In this document: piece by piece, positions 22,260-31,548 of the stretch
Position numbering within the stretch: the stretch's first letter is position 1
How the letters are laid out: the number at the start of each line of letters is the position of its first letter
Assembly (NCBI RefSeq): GCF_043950625.1
Contig: NZ_CP171007.1
DNA length: 32,000 nucleotides
Origin: Alkanindiges sp. WGS2144
GTDB taxonomy: Bacteria; Pseudomonadota; Gammaproteobacteria; Pseudomonadales; Moraxellaceae
Strand: one strand, 5' to 3'
Notes under the pieces: model-generated
Databases searched by the model: none
What the model saw: the letters and a program-made list of their open reading frames with translations, nothing else
What the model was told of the DNA's origin: nothing
Position numbers and translations under genes: made by a program

Positions 22260-23534
22260 ATGAAAACAAGCTGGCTTGCTGGAGTTATCCTGTTATGCGG
22301 GATAAGCAGTTTTGACAGGATGGCTGCTCATGCAGCTACGCCTGATGCGCTATTTGATTCAGTGGATTCTCTGGATGAAGTTGATGAGTTTGATCAGCCA
22401 TCGTCACTGGATTTAACATCATCTGCTCCAAAAGCGACATCCTCTCAAGCAACTATTTATGATGATGTACCAATAGATGCAATCCGGCGCTTTGTGAGCA
22501 TTTATGAAAAGGTGAAGGAAAACTATGTAGAGCCCGTGGATGACAACGAGCTGTTTGAAAATGCACTGCATGGCCTGTTATCCCAGCTTGATCCTTACTC
22601 TGATTATCTGGATTCTCATACCTACGCGGCACTCATGGACTTTACCGAGGGTGAGGTCGCACAAACCGGTTTAACCGTTCGTGCCTCCACAGAAGCAGAC
22701 GCCAGCTGGCAGATTGACCGGGTTGAGGCTGGTTCTCCGGCTGCGCGTGCCGGTCTGCATGAAGGGATGCTGTTATATAAAATTGATGGTAAAAATACCC
22801 GCAGTTTAAATGCACATGATATTGAACAGCTACTGCGCGGGGCGGTAGGAACAACTGTTGAGCTATCGGTTTCGGAGCTGGGCAGGCATCCTGTTATTAT
22901 TAAAGTGGTACGTGCAACGCCAGAAGACAATGTGGTAAAAGCACTGGGTTATCCCAATGGTATTCTGGTACTTAAAGTGAATGCTTTTCAGGCTCAGACT
23001 GCCAGCCAGATTGATCAGGCGATCATCGACTATCAAAAAAATAATATTTTAAAAGCAGTATTACTGGATCTACGTGATAATCCAGGCGGATTGCTATCGG
23101 CTGCGGTAGAGGTGGCAGACCTGTTTTTGGATCAGGGTCTGATTGTTTATACCAAAGGACGTGGCGAGCCGGAACAGCGCTATCAGGCCTTACCGCCTGC
23201 ACGCTATGCCAGCGTACCCCTGGGAGTGCTAGTGAACCATTATTCAGCTTCTGCTGCTGAAGTGTTGGCTGGTGCATTTCAGGATCACCAGCGTGCCACT
23301 ATTATGGGTGAAAACAGCTATGGCAAAGGCTCAGTACAAAAACTGTGGCCAATTGCAGATGGTCATGCCATCAAGCTCACCGTTTCCCGTTATTACACAC
23401 CAAAGGGGCGCCTGATTGAAGGTAAGGGAATTCAGCCGGATATCATGATTAAAGACCAGGCGCTAAAGGATCATATAGATATCACGTTGGACAGCAGCGT
23501 GGCTACTTTTGGCAAGATGTTGAACCTGCCTTAA
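22260..23534 (+). CDS. S41 family C-terminal processing peptidase (PDZ-containing)
   Basis: 424 aa with a signal peptide. A PDZ-like segment GSPAARAGLHEGMLLYKIDGK is present, as are LDLRDNPGGLLSAAVEVADLF, the catalytic-Ser region NHYSASAAEVLAGAF, and GKGSVQK. The ATG lies 1 nt after the gpmI stop (TAA-t-ATG). Confidence 0.9.
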   Translation: MKTSWLAGVILLCGISSFDRMAAHAATPDALFDSVDSLDEVDEFDQPSSLDLTSSAPKATSSQATIYDDVPIDAIRRFVSIYEKVKENYVEPVDDNELFENALHGLLSQLDPYSDYLDSHTYAALMDFTEGEVAQTGLTVRASTEADASWQIDRVEAGSPAARAGLHEGMLLYKIDGKNTRSLNAHDIEQLLRGAVGTTVELSVSELGRHPVIIKVVRATPEDNVVKALGYPNGILVLKVNAFQAQTASQIDQAIIDYQKNNILKAVLLDLRDNPGGLLSAAVEVADLFLDQGLIVYTKGRGEPEQRYQALPPARYASVPLGVLVNHYSASAAEVLAGAFQDHQRATIMGENSYGKGSVQKLWPIADGHAIKLTVSRYYTPKGRLIEGKGIQPDIMIKDQALKDHIDITLDSSVATFGKMLNLP

Positions 23535-23627
23535 TCGAAGCAAAGCTTCTCACCTTGCGAGCAGGCAAATGAGAACTTGCGGAATATATTCCTCATCTGC
23601 AAGGCGAGTATAACGAAGTGGCTTTGC

Positions 23628-25091
23628 TTATCTGCTCTCATCATCGTCGTCCTGATCGCTATCCAGTCCAAATTTTTTCAGGCGGTAGCGTAAGGAACGA
23701 AAAGTCATGCCCAGTTTTTTGGCAGCAACCGTCCTGTTCCAGTAGGAACTTTCCAGTGCCTGCAAAATCAGCTGCTTTTCAATATCCTCCAGATAGGCTT
23801 CCAGCCCCTCGCTGGGCAGACCCTGTGCATTAAGCTTTTGGGGTTCTGGGCGGGTACTGGCCGCAGGTTGTTCGGAGAGATATACCGGTTCAGGCACCAG
23901 TTGCTGCGTGGTTAATACAGGAGGCTGGCTGTTACCGGAACCATGCAGTTGCAGGGATTCAGGCAGAATTTCCTGCCCATCACTTAAGGTCAGGGCACGT
24001 TCTAAAATATTGTGTAGTTCGCGGACATTGCCCGGGAAAGTATATTGCAGCAAGGCTTGCTGTGCTGCTTTGGACAGTACAGGTTGTTCTATACCCCATT
24101 CCTGACAGATTTGTTCAATAAAAGCGCCAGCCAGCAATAAAATATCCTGCGCCCGGTCGCGTAAGGGCGGCATATTCACTTCAATGACATGGATGCGATA
24201 GTACAAATCCTGCCGGAACAAGCCCTGCTGAACCAGATGTTGCAGGTTTTTATGGGTGGCACTGAGCAGACGGATATCTACACTGATTTCCTGCTGGGTA
24301 CCGATGGGACGAATCTTTTTTTCCTGAATGGCACGTAGCAGCTTAACCTGCATGGACAAAGGCAAGTCAGCCACTTCATCTAGAAATAAGGTACCGCCCT
24401 GAGCCGACTGGAACAGGCCGACTTTGTCTTCGGTTGCGCCGGTAAAACTGCCTTTTTTATGACCAAAAAACTCACTTTCCATCAGTTCGCTGGGAATGGC
24501 GCCACAGTTGACGGGAATGAATGGCCCATTGCTGCGTGGCCCAAGCAAATGAATCAGGCGTGCGGCCACTTCCTTGCCTGTACCGGACTCTCCACTGATA
24601 TAGACCGGCGCCTGGGAGCGTGCCAGCTTGTGCAGGGTGGCTTTTAACTGCTGCATGACAGGTGAGTTACCCAGCAGTTTTTGATGCTCAATGCCATTGG
24701 TAACACTTTGAGCCTGGCTGTTAACCTTAAGCGCCTGTTCAATCAGGTTTTTCAGGCGTGGCATTTCAATAGGCTTACTGACAAAGTCAAAGGCACCTGC
24801 TTTTAAGGCTTCAATGGCAATGTCCATGCTGCCATAAGCAGTAATGACCGCAACCGGCAATTGCGGATAATGCTGGATAATGGTGTGCACCAGTTCTAGG
24901 CCACTACCATCAGGTAGGTTTAGGTCGGTCAGGCAGACATCAAACTTGTTTTTTTTCAGTAGTTGCTGTGCTTGTTGCAGGCTGTCTGCCACATAGCAGT
25001 CAATATTCATACGCTTAAGCGTCATGCGCATCAGTAAGCGTAAATCTTCTTCATCATCAACAACTAAAGCAAGGGGACGATTTTGCATCAT
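23628..25091 (-). CDS. pilR: Sigma-54-dependent response regulator PilR (type IV pilus two-component system)
   Basis: It has a receiver domain (LVVDDEEDLR…DLNLPDGSG) and an AAA+ sigma-54 activator domain (GESGTGKEVAARLIH, ESEFFGHKKGSFTGA, GTLFLDEV). The C-terminal Fis-type HTH is NRTVAAKKLGMTFRSLRYRLKKFGL, very like P. aeruginosa PilR as I remember it. It lies adjacent to a PilS-like kinase. Confidence 0.8.
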   Translation of the reverse strand: MMQNRPLALVVDDEEDLRLLMRMTLKRMNIDCYVADSLQQAQQLLKKNKFDVCLTDLNLPDGSGLELVHTIIQHYPQLPVAVITAYGSMDIAIEALKAGAFDFVSKPIEMPRLKNLIEQALKVNSQAQSVTNGIEHQKLLGNSPVMQQLKATLHKLARSQAPVYISGESGTGKEVAARLIHLLGPRSNGPFIPVNCGAIPSELMESEFFGHKKGSFTGATEDKVGLFQSAQGGTLFLDEVADLPLSMQVKLLRAIQEKKIRPIGTQQEISVDIRLLSATHKNLQHLVQQGLFRQDLYYRIHVIEVNMPPLRDRAQDILLLAGAFIEQICQEWGIEQPVLSKAAQQALLQYTFPGNVRELHNILERALTLSDGQEILPESLQLHGSGNSQPPVLTTQQLVPEPVYLSEQPAASTRPEPQKLNAQGLPSEGLEAYLEDIEKQLILQALESSYWNRTVAAKKLGMTFRSLRYRLKKFGLDSDQDDDDESR

Positions 25092-25131
25092 GTTCCTTCA
25101 TGACAGATAAAAAGCATAAAACCAGCTAAGC

Positions 25132-26748
25132 CTAACATGCCTGAGTGGGTGAGCGAAAGACAATGCGAAAGCAGGCACCGCGCGTTTGTGGAATATAGAG
25201 CAATTGGGCGTCATTGGCCTCGCAAAATGCCCGGGATAAATACAGGCCAAGGCCGGTACCGTTAGGCTCAGTGGTAAAAAAGGGTTCAAACAGGGTTTGT
25301 ACTGCTTTGGCACTGACACCAGGGCCTGAGTCCATGACATCCAGTATGATGCGTTGTTGCTCATCCTGACTGGCCAGCACCCGGACTACCGGTGAATCAT
25401 GCAATTTTTTACTGTGGTGTACAGCATTTTGCAAGAGGTTGACCAGAATATGCTGTAGTTGCAAGGGATCAAACCATACGCTTAGGTCAGCACCTATCTG
25501 TGTCTGGATATACTGTTTAAAGTGCGCCAGATTATCATTAATTAATTGCATCATCCATTCATCCAGCATAATTTGCTGTGGACTTAAGGGTTTTCGCCTG
25601 GACATTTGCAGGATATTTTCAATAATCAAATCCAGACGCCTGGTCTGGCGCTGAATCATATTGAGCAGGTCGCGGTCAGTGGTTTCGAGCGGGCTTTCGG
25701 CCATCAGCTCACTGGCCTGGCTAATGGCAGCCAGCGGGTTGCGGATTTCATGGGCAATGCTGGCAGTCAGTTGCCCCAGAGAGGCTAGCTTTAATTGCTG
25801 AACCTGCTGGTTTAGGCGCTGCAAGCTTTGCATAATTACCAGGATATGGCTGGTCCTACCATGATGTTGTAGCTTGGTCAGCTGGATATTTAAATCCTGA
25901 TTCTTGCCTTGTGGTCTGATCAAAAATTCATATTGCTGTTGGGCTAGAGCCTGACTGATTTGTTTAGCCAGTTGTGGATGGATGCTGGGGAGTGGCTGAT
26001 CCATAATGTCCTGCATGATCAGGTCGCTGGAAAATGCCAGTTGCTGGGCTGCTTTATTGATCAGCAAGACATTGCGCTGTTCATCCAGTACCAGCAGACC
26101 GGTTTCAATCTGCTCTACAATTTGCTGGTTAATGGCCTGTAGCTGGTTAATTTCACGGTAGCGCTGCTGCGCCAGTTGTTCAACCAGCCTTAAACGCTGG
26201 GTAATCAGCTGTCCAAACAGGGCAATGCCCACAAAGCTCAAAGCCAGTAGGGCAGCACCACTAATGCCGCGGATATCAGTATTTTGAGCCAGACTATAAA
26301 AAAACTGCTGGTAAATAACAGTAATGGCGGCAAATAGTGCAATGGTGAGCGCGCGCAGGGCAGGCAGCAGGATATTGGCAGCCATCACCACCACCATGTA
26401 CAGCATGGACATTTGCAGGCTGGGGCCACCATTGGCATATAGCATAACGGTGAGCGCACAGATATCAATCACCAGCATAAAGGTAATCTGGTTATCCAGC
26501 TGATGCGGCCAGTGGCGCAGGGAAACATATGACAGCAGGGTGAAAAAAGCATAGCCGGCCAGCGCATTAAGATATAAATATGGTTCGCTGCCGCCTACAA
26601 TCGGATTATTTAAGGTGATTAAAAACAGGGCAATTAAAAAAAATGATAAAGCCAGCCGGTAACCTGAATAAATCAGGCTCAGACGGCGCAAAATGGCTGG
26701 ATCGTGCGGTGGCTGGACGGCTGGAAACAGCCGCTTTAACTTGTACAT
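25132..26748 (-). CDS. pilS: Sensor histidine kinase PilS
   Basis: A multi-TM N-terminal half is followed by a PAS-like linker and a DHp box LASLGQLTASIAHEIRNPL. The catalytic domain carries LVNLLQNAVHHS, DSGPGV and FEPFFTTEPNGTGLGLYLSRAFCEAN, closely resembling P. aeruginosa PilS from memory. The start is chosen at MYKLKRLF (26748), preceded by AGGAAGAGG. The track ORF starts 10 codons earlier at 26778, 1 nt after the gacA stop. Confidence 0.78.
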   Translation of the reverse strand: MYKLKRLFPAVQPPHDPAILRRLSLIYSGYRLALSFFLIALFLITLNNPIVGGSEPYLYLNALAGYAFFTLLSYVSLRHWPHQLDNQITFMLVIDICALTVMLYANGGPSLQMSMLYMVVVMAANILLPALRALTIALFAAITVIYQQFFYSLAQNTDIRGISGAALLALSFVGIALFGQLITQRLRLVEQLAQQRYREINQLQAINQQIVEQIETGLLVLDEQRNVLLINKAAQQLAFSSDLIMQDIMDQPLPSIHPQLAKQISQALAQQQYEFLIRPQGKNQDLNIQLTKLQHHGRTSHILVIMQSLQRLNQQVQQLKLASLGQLTASIAHEIRNPLAAISQASELMAESPLETTDRDLLNMIQRQTRRLDLIIENILQMSRRKPLSPQQIMLDEWMMQLINDNLAHFKQYIQTQIGADLSVWFDPLQLQHILVNLLQNAVHHSKKLHDSPVVRVLASQDEQQRIILDVMDSGPGVSAKAVQTLFEPFFTTEPNGTGLGLYLSRAFCEANDAQLLYIPQTRGACFRIVFRSPTQAC

Positions 26749-26779
26749 TAACCTCTTCCTTGAGGAATAGTGAGCCATA

Positions 26780-27415
26780 TTAAGGTTTGATTAGCCCGTA
26801 GCGGATGGCCAGATGGGTCAGCTTGACATCACTGTCCACATCCAGTTTTTCAAAAATCCGGTAACGGTAGGTGTTAACAGTTTTCACACTCACAAACAGG
26901 CGGTCAGCAATTTCCTGCGCACTGATACAATTAACCACCATCAGCGCAACCTGCATTTCCCGTTCAGATAATAAGTCAAACGGTGATTGCTGTTGTTCAG
27001 ATAAATAACTACTGGCAATTTGCTCGGCAATGTCAGCACTAAAATACTTGCCACCCTGCATGACTTTTTTAATGGCACGAACCATTTCGGCCAGTGGAGC
27101 ACCCTTGGTAATGTAACCCTTGGCACCAGCCTTTAATAATAATGACGGATAAGGTTCTTCGGCTAGACCGCTCACTGCCAGCACCTTGACGCCAGGCACG
27201 CTCTGAATTAAACGCCGGGTAGTTTCTACCCCGCCGATACCTGGCATGTTGACATCCAGCAATACCACATCAGGGTGTTCCCGGCGTGCCATATCAATCG
27301 CCATTTCTCCAGATTCGGCTTGTCCGATCACGCTTATATCCGGCGTATCCGCCAGCATCCGGCAAATGCCAGTGCGGACTAATTCATGATCATCCACCAC
27401 CAGAACTTTAATCAA
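26780..27415 (-). CDS. gacA: NarL/FixJ-type response regulator GacA/UvrY
   Basis: IKVLVVDDHELVRTGICRML…DVNMPGIGGVETTRRL…SPFDLLSEREMQVALMV…VKTVNTYRYRIFEKLDVDSDVKLTHLAIRYGL is colinear with E. coli UvrY. The start is chosen at TTG 27415, giving MIKVLVVDDHE, with GAAGGAGG 7 nt upstream. The track ORF starts at another TTG at 27442. Confidence 0.85.
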   Translation of the reverse strand: MIKVLVVDDHELVRTGICRMLADTPDISVIGQAESGEMAIDMARREHPDVVLLDVNMPGIGGVETTRRLIQSVPGVKVLAVSGLAEEPYPSLLLKAGAKGYITKGAPLAEMVRAIKKVMQGGKYFSADIAEQIASSYLSEQQQSPFDLLSEREMQVALMVVNCISAQEIADRLFVSVKTVNTYRYRIFEKLDVDSDVKLTHLAIRYGLIKP

Positions 27416-27594
27416 ACTGTGCCCTCCTTCGCAAAACTGCAAAGTTTTTTGTTAATGGCTATGAAAAACACTTGCCAAGCAGCGACTGATTTCGCCATTC
27501 TTGTATTCTAGCTCGAATTTTATGTCATTGCATGGTCATTGCGTTGAGAGATGTCTCAATAATGGCCTGCTTGGCATTTTTGCAGGAAGCGTGA

Positions 27595-28668
27595 ATGATG
27601 GCCAAATCAAGACAAACTATGGGACAGCAATCCGGATGGCGTATGATTTATTTGCCACTGGTGCTTGGGGTAATCGGTTTTACAGGACTAAGCCATGCGG
27701 CGGTGTCTATCCAGCAGGCACCGGCAGGAACCGGACAAATTGCATGGTCTGCCGATGAGCAGGCCAGCAGGCTGATGCGTGATGACGTTGACAGCAGTGA
27801 GGTCAGCGTTGATGTTCGCCAGTTGCCGGGTCGTTCGGGTAATTTGTCCACTGTGGTGGAGCGGGTCAGGGAACCGGTAAAACAGCTGGGCACCCAGCTG
27901 GTGAACAAGCTACAGGGACAGCCAGAGGTCAATGCTGCCGCAGCGTTGGTACTGGATGCCCAGACTGGCGAAGTACTGTACAGTAAAAATACCGACAAGG
28001 CGCTGCCTATTGCGTCAATCTCCAAGTTGATGACTGCGGTAGTGACCGCCGATGCCCGTCTGGATATGGCGCAACGTATTATTTTGCAGCCAGAAGACTT
28101 TATTGGCCCCAAACAGGCCAGTTCTACCTTGCGTTCTGGCGATGAAATGAATCGTGCTGAGCTGTTGCTGGCTGCCCTCATGAAGTCGGAAAACCCGGCA
28201 GCTGCTGCGCTGGCACGAACCTACCCAGGTGGCAAGACTGCCTTTATGGCCGCCATGAATAAAAAAGCCCGTGATCTGGGCATGACGTCTACCTGGTTTG
28301 GTGACCCGACTGGCCTTGATCCACGCAATGTGGCGTCGGCCAAGGATCTGGGAATTCTGGTAACCACTGCTTATCAGTACGGGCTAATTCGCCAGTTTAC
28401 CACCACACCACATTATGACTTTAACCTGGGCTACCGGGTGCTCAAATCCAATAACACCAATTCACTGGTACGGGATGGCACCTGGAATATTGGTTTATCC
28501 AAGACCGGTTTTATTAATGAAGCTGGCCGCTGTGTAGTGATGCAGGCCAATATTAACCAGCGACCTACTGTGGTGGTGCTGCTGGGCGCAAAAACAACCG
28601 CTGGCCGCACCAGTGACGCCAACCGTATTTTTACCTGGCTGAACAACTCATTTAGTCGCTTTAACTAA
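27595..28668 (+). CDS. pbpG: D-alanyl-D-alanine endopeptidase/carboxypeptidase (PBP7/8-like, S11 family)
   Basis: Signal-anchor N-terminus, SxxK (ASISKLMT), SxN (KSENPAA) and KTG (LSKTGFINEAG) motifs in the correct order and spacing. Confidence 0.85.
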   Translation: MMAKSRQTMGQQSGWRMIYLPLVLGVIGFTGLSHAAVSIQQAPAGTGQIAWSADEQASRLMRDDVDSSEVSVDVRQLPGRSGNLSTVVERVREPVKQLGTQLVNKLQGQPEVNAAAALVLDAQTGEVLYSKNTDKALPIASISKLMTAVVTADARLDMAQRIILQPEDFIGPKQASSTLRSGDEMNRAELLLAALMKSENPAAAALARTYPGGKTAFMAAMNKKARDLGMTSTWFGDPTGLDPRNVASAKDLGILVTTAYQYGLIRQFTTTPHYDFNLGYRVLKSNNTNSLVRDGTWNIGLSKTGFINEAGRCVVMQANINQRPTVVVLLGAKTTAGRTSDANRIFTWLNNSFSRFN

Positions 28669-28717
28669 ACGCTGTGTAAGGCAGTTTCTTTGCTGAAAAT
28701 TCGCTGCTGTTTATAAT

Positions 28718-28749
28718 AAAAAACCCTGAAAATTACTTCAGGGTTTTTT
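28718..28749. terminator. Bidirectional Rho-independent terminator between pbpG (+) and thrC (-)
   Basis: aaaaaa-CCCTGAA-aattac-TTCAGGG-tttttt. Confidence 0.85.
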
Positions 28750-28776
28750 ATTAATATTCTTTTGGACTTGGAGTCA

Positions 28777-29922
28777 TTAGTCCATATTGGACAGGATGCC
28801 GGCCTTAACCTGCTCCAGTGTGGCATCAATGCCCAGCATCACTGCATCAGCACATTGTTTGATGGCAGTATCCGGGTCTTTTAAGCCATTACCGGTTAAG
28901 GTGCACACTACCACTGAACCTTCAGGGATTTTACCGTTTTTAATGTCTCGAATGGCACCACCCAGGGAAGCAGCAGACGCCGGTTCGCAGAAAATGCCTT
29001 CATACATGGCCAGCATGCGCTGTGCTTCCAGAATTTCGCTGTCTTGTAGCTCATCAAACCAGCCGCCGGACTCTTTCATGACGGCATGGGCATGTTTCCA
29101 GCTTTGCGGATTACCGATGCGAATGGCAGTCGCCAGGGTTTCAGGGTCGGCAACCGGCGCACCGCGCAAAAAGGGCGCTGCACCCGCCGCCTGATAGCCC
29201 ACCATTTTGGGGCGTGACTGGGTGGTAGCCATGCCGGTAAAGGCATCCGTTGAAGGATCATATACCGCACGATTGCTGGCATGATGTTCTGAATCAACTG
29301 CACTTTCGCAGTAACCCATCCAGTGGGCAGTGATATTGCCGGCATTCCCTACGGGCAGGCAGTGGAAATCCGGTGCGCGGCCCAGTTCTTCTACAATTTC
29401 AAAGGCTGCGGTCTTTTGGCCTTGCAGACGATACGGATTAATAGAGTTGACAATAGTGACCGGTGCCTGTTCAGCAACTTCTTTGACTAGTTGCATGCCT
29501 GCATCAAAGTTACCACGAATTTGCAGGGTAATGGCGCCATACATCATGGCTTGTGCCATTTTGCCCATGGCAATCTTGCCTTCAGGAATCAGTACAAATG
29601 CCTTGATGCCTGCACGGGCTGCATACGCGGCAGCGGCCGCAGAGGTATTACCGGTAGAGGCACAGATAATGGCTTTGCTACCTTCTTCTACTGCTTTGGT
29701 CACAGCCATGGTCATACCACGATCCTTAAAGGAGCCAGTTGGGTTAAGGCCCTCATATTTAACGTAAATTTCAACGTTCTTGCCAGTCAAAGCAGGAATA
29801 TTTTCCAGTTTAATCAGCGGGGTGTTACCTTCGCCCAAAGAAATAGCACGGGTGGTAGCAGATACCGGCAGACGATCACGATAGCGATCAACCAGTCCAG
29901 TGTAGCGAGTGGCATTTGACAT
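28777..29922 (-). CDS. thrC: Threonine synthase
   Basis: 381 aa with the PLP-lysine motif YEGLNPTGSFKDRGMT. Overall length and pattern fit the short ThrC class. It sits directly downstream of hom. Confidence 0.92.
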   Translation of the reverse strand: MSNATRYTGLVDRYRDRLPVSATTRAISLGEGNTPLIKLENIPALTGKNVEIYVKYEGLNPTGSFKDRGMTMAVTKAVEEGSKAIICASTGNTSAAAAAYAARAGIKAFVLIPEGKIAMGKMAQAMMYGAITLQIRGNFDAGMQLVKEVAEQAPVTIVNSINPYRLQGQKTAAFEIVEELGRAPDFHCLPVGNAGNITAHWMGYCESAVDSEHHASNRAVYDPSTDAFTGMATTQSRPKMVGYQAAGAAPFLRGAPVADPETLATAIRIGNPQSWKHAHAVMKESGGWFDELQDSEILEAQRMLAMYEGIFCEPASAASLGGAIRDIKNGKIPEGSVVVCTLTGNGLKDPDTAIKQCADAVMLGIDATLEQVKAGILSNMD

Positions 29923-30078
29923 AATAGTATTCCAATATTTGAGTCACCCAGTAACGGGCTGTGGTAACTGCCAGCACAGGCTGAACAGCCAAGCTTTAAA
30001 ATTAACTGCCCCGGGCTGGATGGCTCAGGGCTAAATGGTTCCGGTTTCTAGCATCAAGCGCTGTAACGTGCATGTCTG

Positions 30079-31392
30079 TTAACTATCCAGTGTTTCCAAG
30101 CGAATGCGAACCACAGGTGCATGGATGGAATCCAGCTGCTCAATGCGGGTAATGGCTTCATTCATGCTGGCTTCCTGCACTGGCTGGGTGAGCAGGATAA
30201 CGGGCACCCGTCCCTGATCATGTGCCGGTTTTTGCAAAATGGCGTCAATATTAATGCCAGCACGACTTAAAATGGTGGTGACTTCGGCCAGAACCCCTGG
30301 GTGGTCTTCAGCATCCAGACGCAAATAATAGGCAGTGGTCATCTGGTCAGCGACCAGAATAGGCGTATCGGCCAGCGCATCCGGCTGAAAGGCTAAATGG
30401 GGGACATAGCTGGCATTGTTCTGGGTACTGATAAAACGCACCAGATCCAGCACATCAGCCACCACCGCAGAGGCAGTCGGGCCAGCACCGGCACCAGCAC
30501 CATAATACAGGGTGGGGCCCACGGCATTGGCCTGTACCAGCACGGCATTTTTAACGCCGTTGACATTGGCAATCAAACGGCTTTCCGGAATTAAAGTCGG
30601 ATGCACGCGCAATTCAATGCCATGTGGCAGACGACGGGCAATGCCCAAATGCTTGATACGATAGCCCAGCTCTTCGGCATAATTGACGTCCTGAGCTGTT
30701 AGCTTACTGATACCTTCGGTATAGACTTTTTCAAATTGCAGGGGAATGCCAAATGCAATAGAGGCCAGCAAAGTCAGCTTATGTGCTGCATCAATACCCT
30801 CTACGTCAAAAGTTGGGTCAGCCTCGGCATAGCCCAATTCCTGCGCTTCTTTGAGCACATCGGCAAAGGCACGGCCTTTATCACGCATTTCGGTTAAAAT
30901 AAAATTGCCAGTGCCGTTGATGATACCGGCCAGCCATTCAATCTTGTTGGCAGCCAGCCCTTCACGCATGACTTTAATGATGGGAATACCGCCAGCCACT
31001 GCTGCTTCAAAAGCAATTTGTACATGCTGCTGCTCGGCCTCGCGGAATAATTCATTGCCATGTTCGGCCAGAAGGGCTTTATTGGCAGTAACCACGTGCT
31101 TGCCGTGGCGAATGGCTTCGAGCACTACATCGTGCGCCAGTTGGGTGCCACCAATGACTTCGATGACAATATCCACGTCATCCTGACGTACAATAGACAT
31201 GAGATCATGGCTTTGGGCAATCCCGTCAAGCTTTAAGTCGGGGCGTGGGCGACGTGTACCCACGTGGGTAATCTGAATGTCCCGCCCGGTACGACGCGCA
31301 ATTTCTGCTGCGTTTTCCTGTAGTAGTTTTAAGGCGCCACCACCTACGGTGCCTAAGCCTAAAATCGCCAGCCGGACTGGTTTCACCGTCAT
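30079..31392 (-). CDS. hom: Homoserine dehydrogenase
   Basis: It has a Rossmann N-terminus VRLAILGLGTVGGG, a central catalytic region (…AFEAAVAGGIPII…GIINGTGNFILT…) and a C-terminal ACT domain. The start is chosen at MTVKPVRL (31392); the track ORF starts at GTG 31419. Confidence 0.92.
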   Translation of the reverse strand: MTVKPVRLAILGLGTVGGGALKLLQENAAEIARRTGRDIQITHVGTRRPRPDLKLDGIAQSHDLMSIVRQDDVDIVIEVIGGTQLAHDVVLEAIRHGKHVVTANKALLAEHGNELFREAEQQHVQIAFEAAVAGGIPIIKVMREGLAANKIEWLAGIINGTGNFILTEMRDKGRAFADVLKEAQELGYAEADPTFDVEGIDAAHKLTLLASIAFGIPLQFEKVYTEGISKLTAQDVNYAEELGYRIKHLGIARRLPHGIELRVHPTLIPESRLIANVNGVKNAVLVQANAVGPTLYYGAGAGAGPTASAVVADVLDLVRFISTQNNASYVPHLAFQPDALADTPILVADQMTTAYYLRLDAEDHPGVLAEVTTILSRAGINIDAILQKPAHDQGRVPVILLTQPVQEASMNEAITRIEQLDSIHAPVVRIRLETLDS

Positions 31393-31495
31393 ACCCCCAA
31401 CTTCATTAAATAAAGGCACAAATCATAGCCAAAAACGGCTGCTTGCACCAGTTAAAAATAGGAATTTGCTCACAGGGCGGGTAAAAAGGCCGGCA

Positions 31496-31523
31496 TAAAA
31501 AACAGGCCGCCTGAGCGACCTGT
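31496..31523 (-). terminator. Rho-independent terminator of dsbC
   Basis: On the minus strand: ACAGGTCGC-tcag-GCGGCCTGT followed by tttttt (complement of 31496-31501). Confidence 0.75.
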
Positions 31524-31548
31524 ATTAAAGAGCTAAAATGCCCGGATT

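Noticed and set aside
27571-27584. TTGGCATTTTTGCA upstream of pbpG, resembling the sigma-54 GG…GC elements.
   Set aside because: The GG-to-GC spacing is ~9 nt instead of the required 12.
27648-28181. A 177-aa ORF antisense to pbpG. There are similar antisense ORFs in thrC (28787-29194, 29330-29767, 29491-29919), hom (30851-31186), the ctp gene (22622-22930) and pilR/pilS (23618-26142).
   Set aside because: These are Ser/Ala/Arg-rich mirror-frame artefacts opposite well-supported genes.
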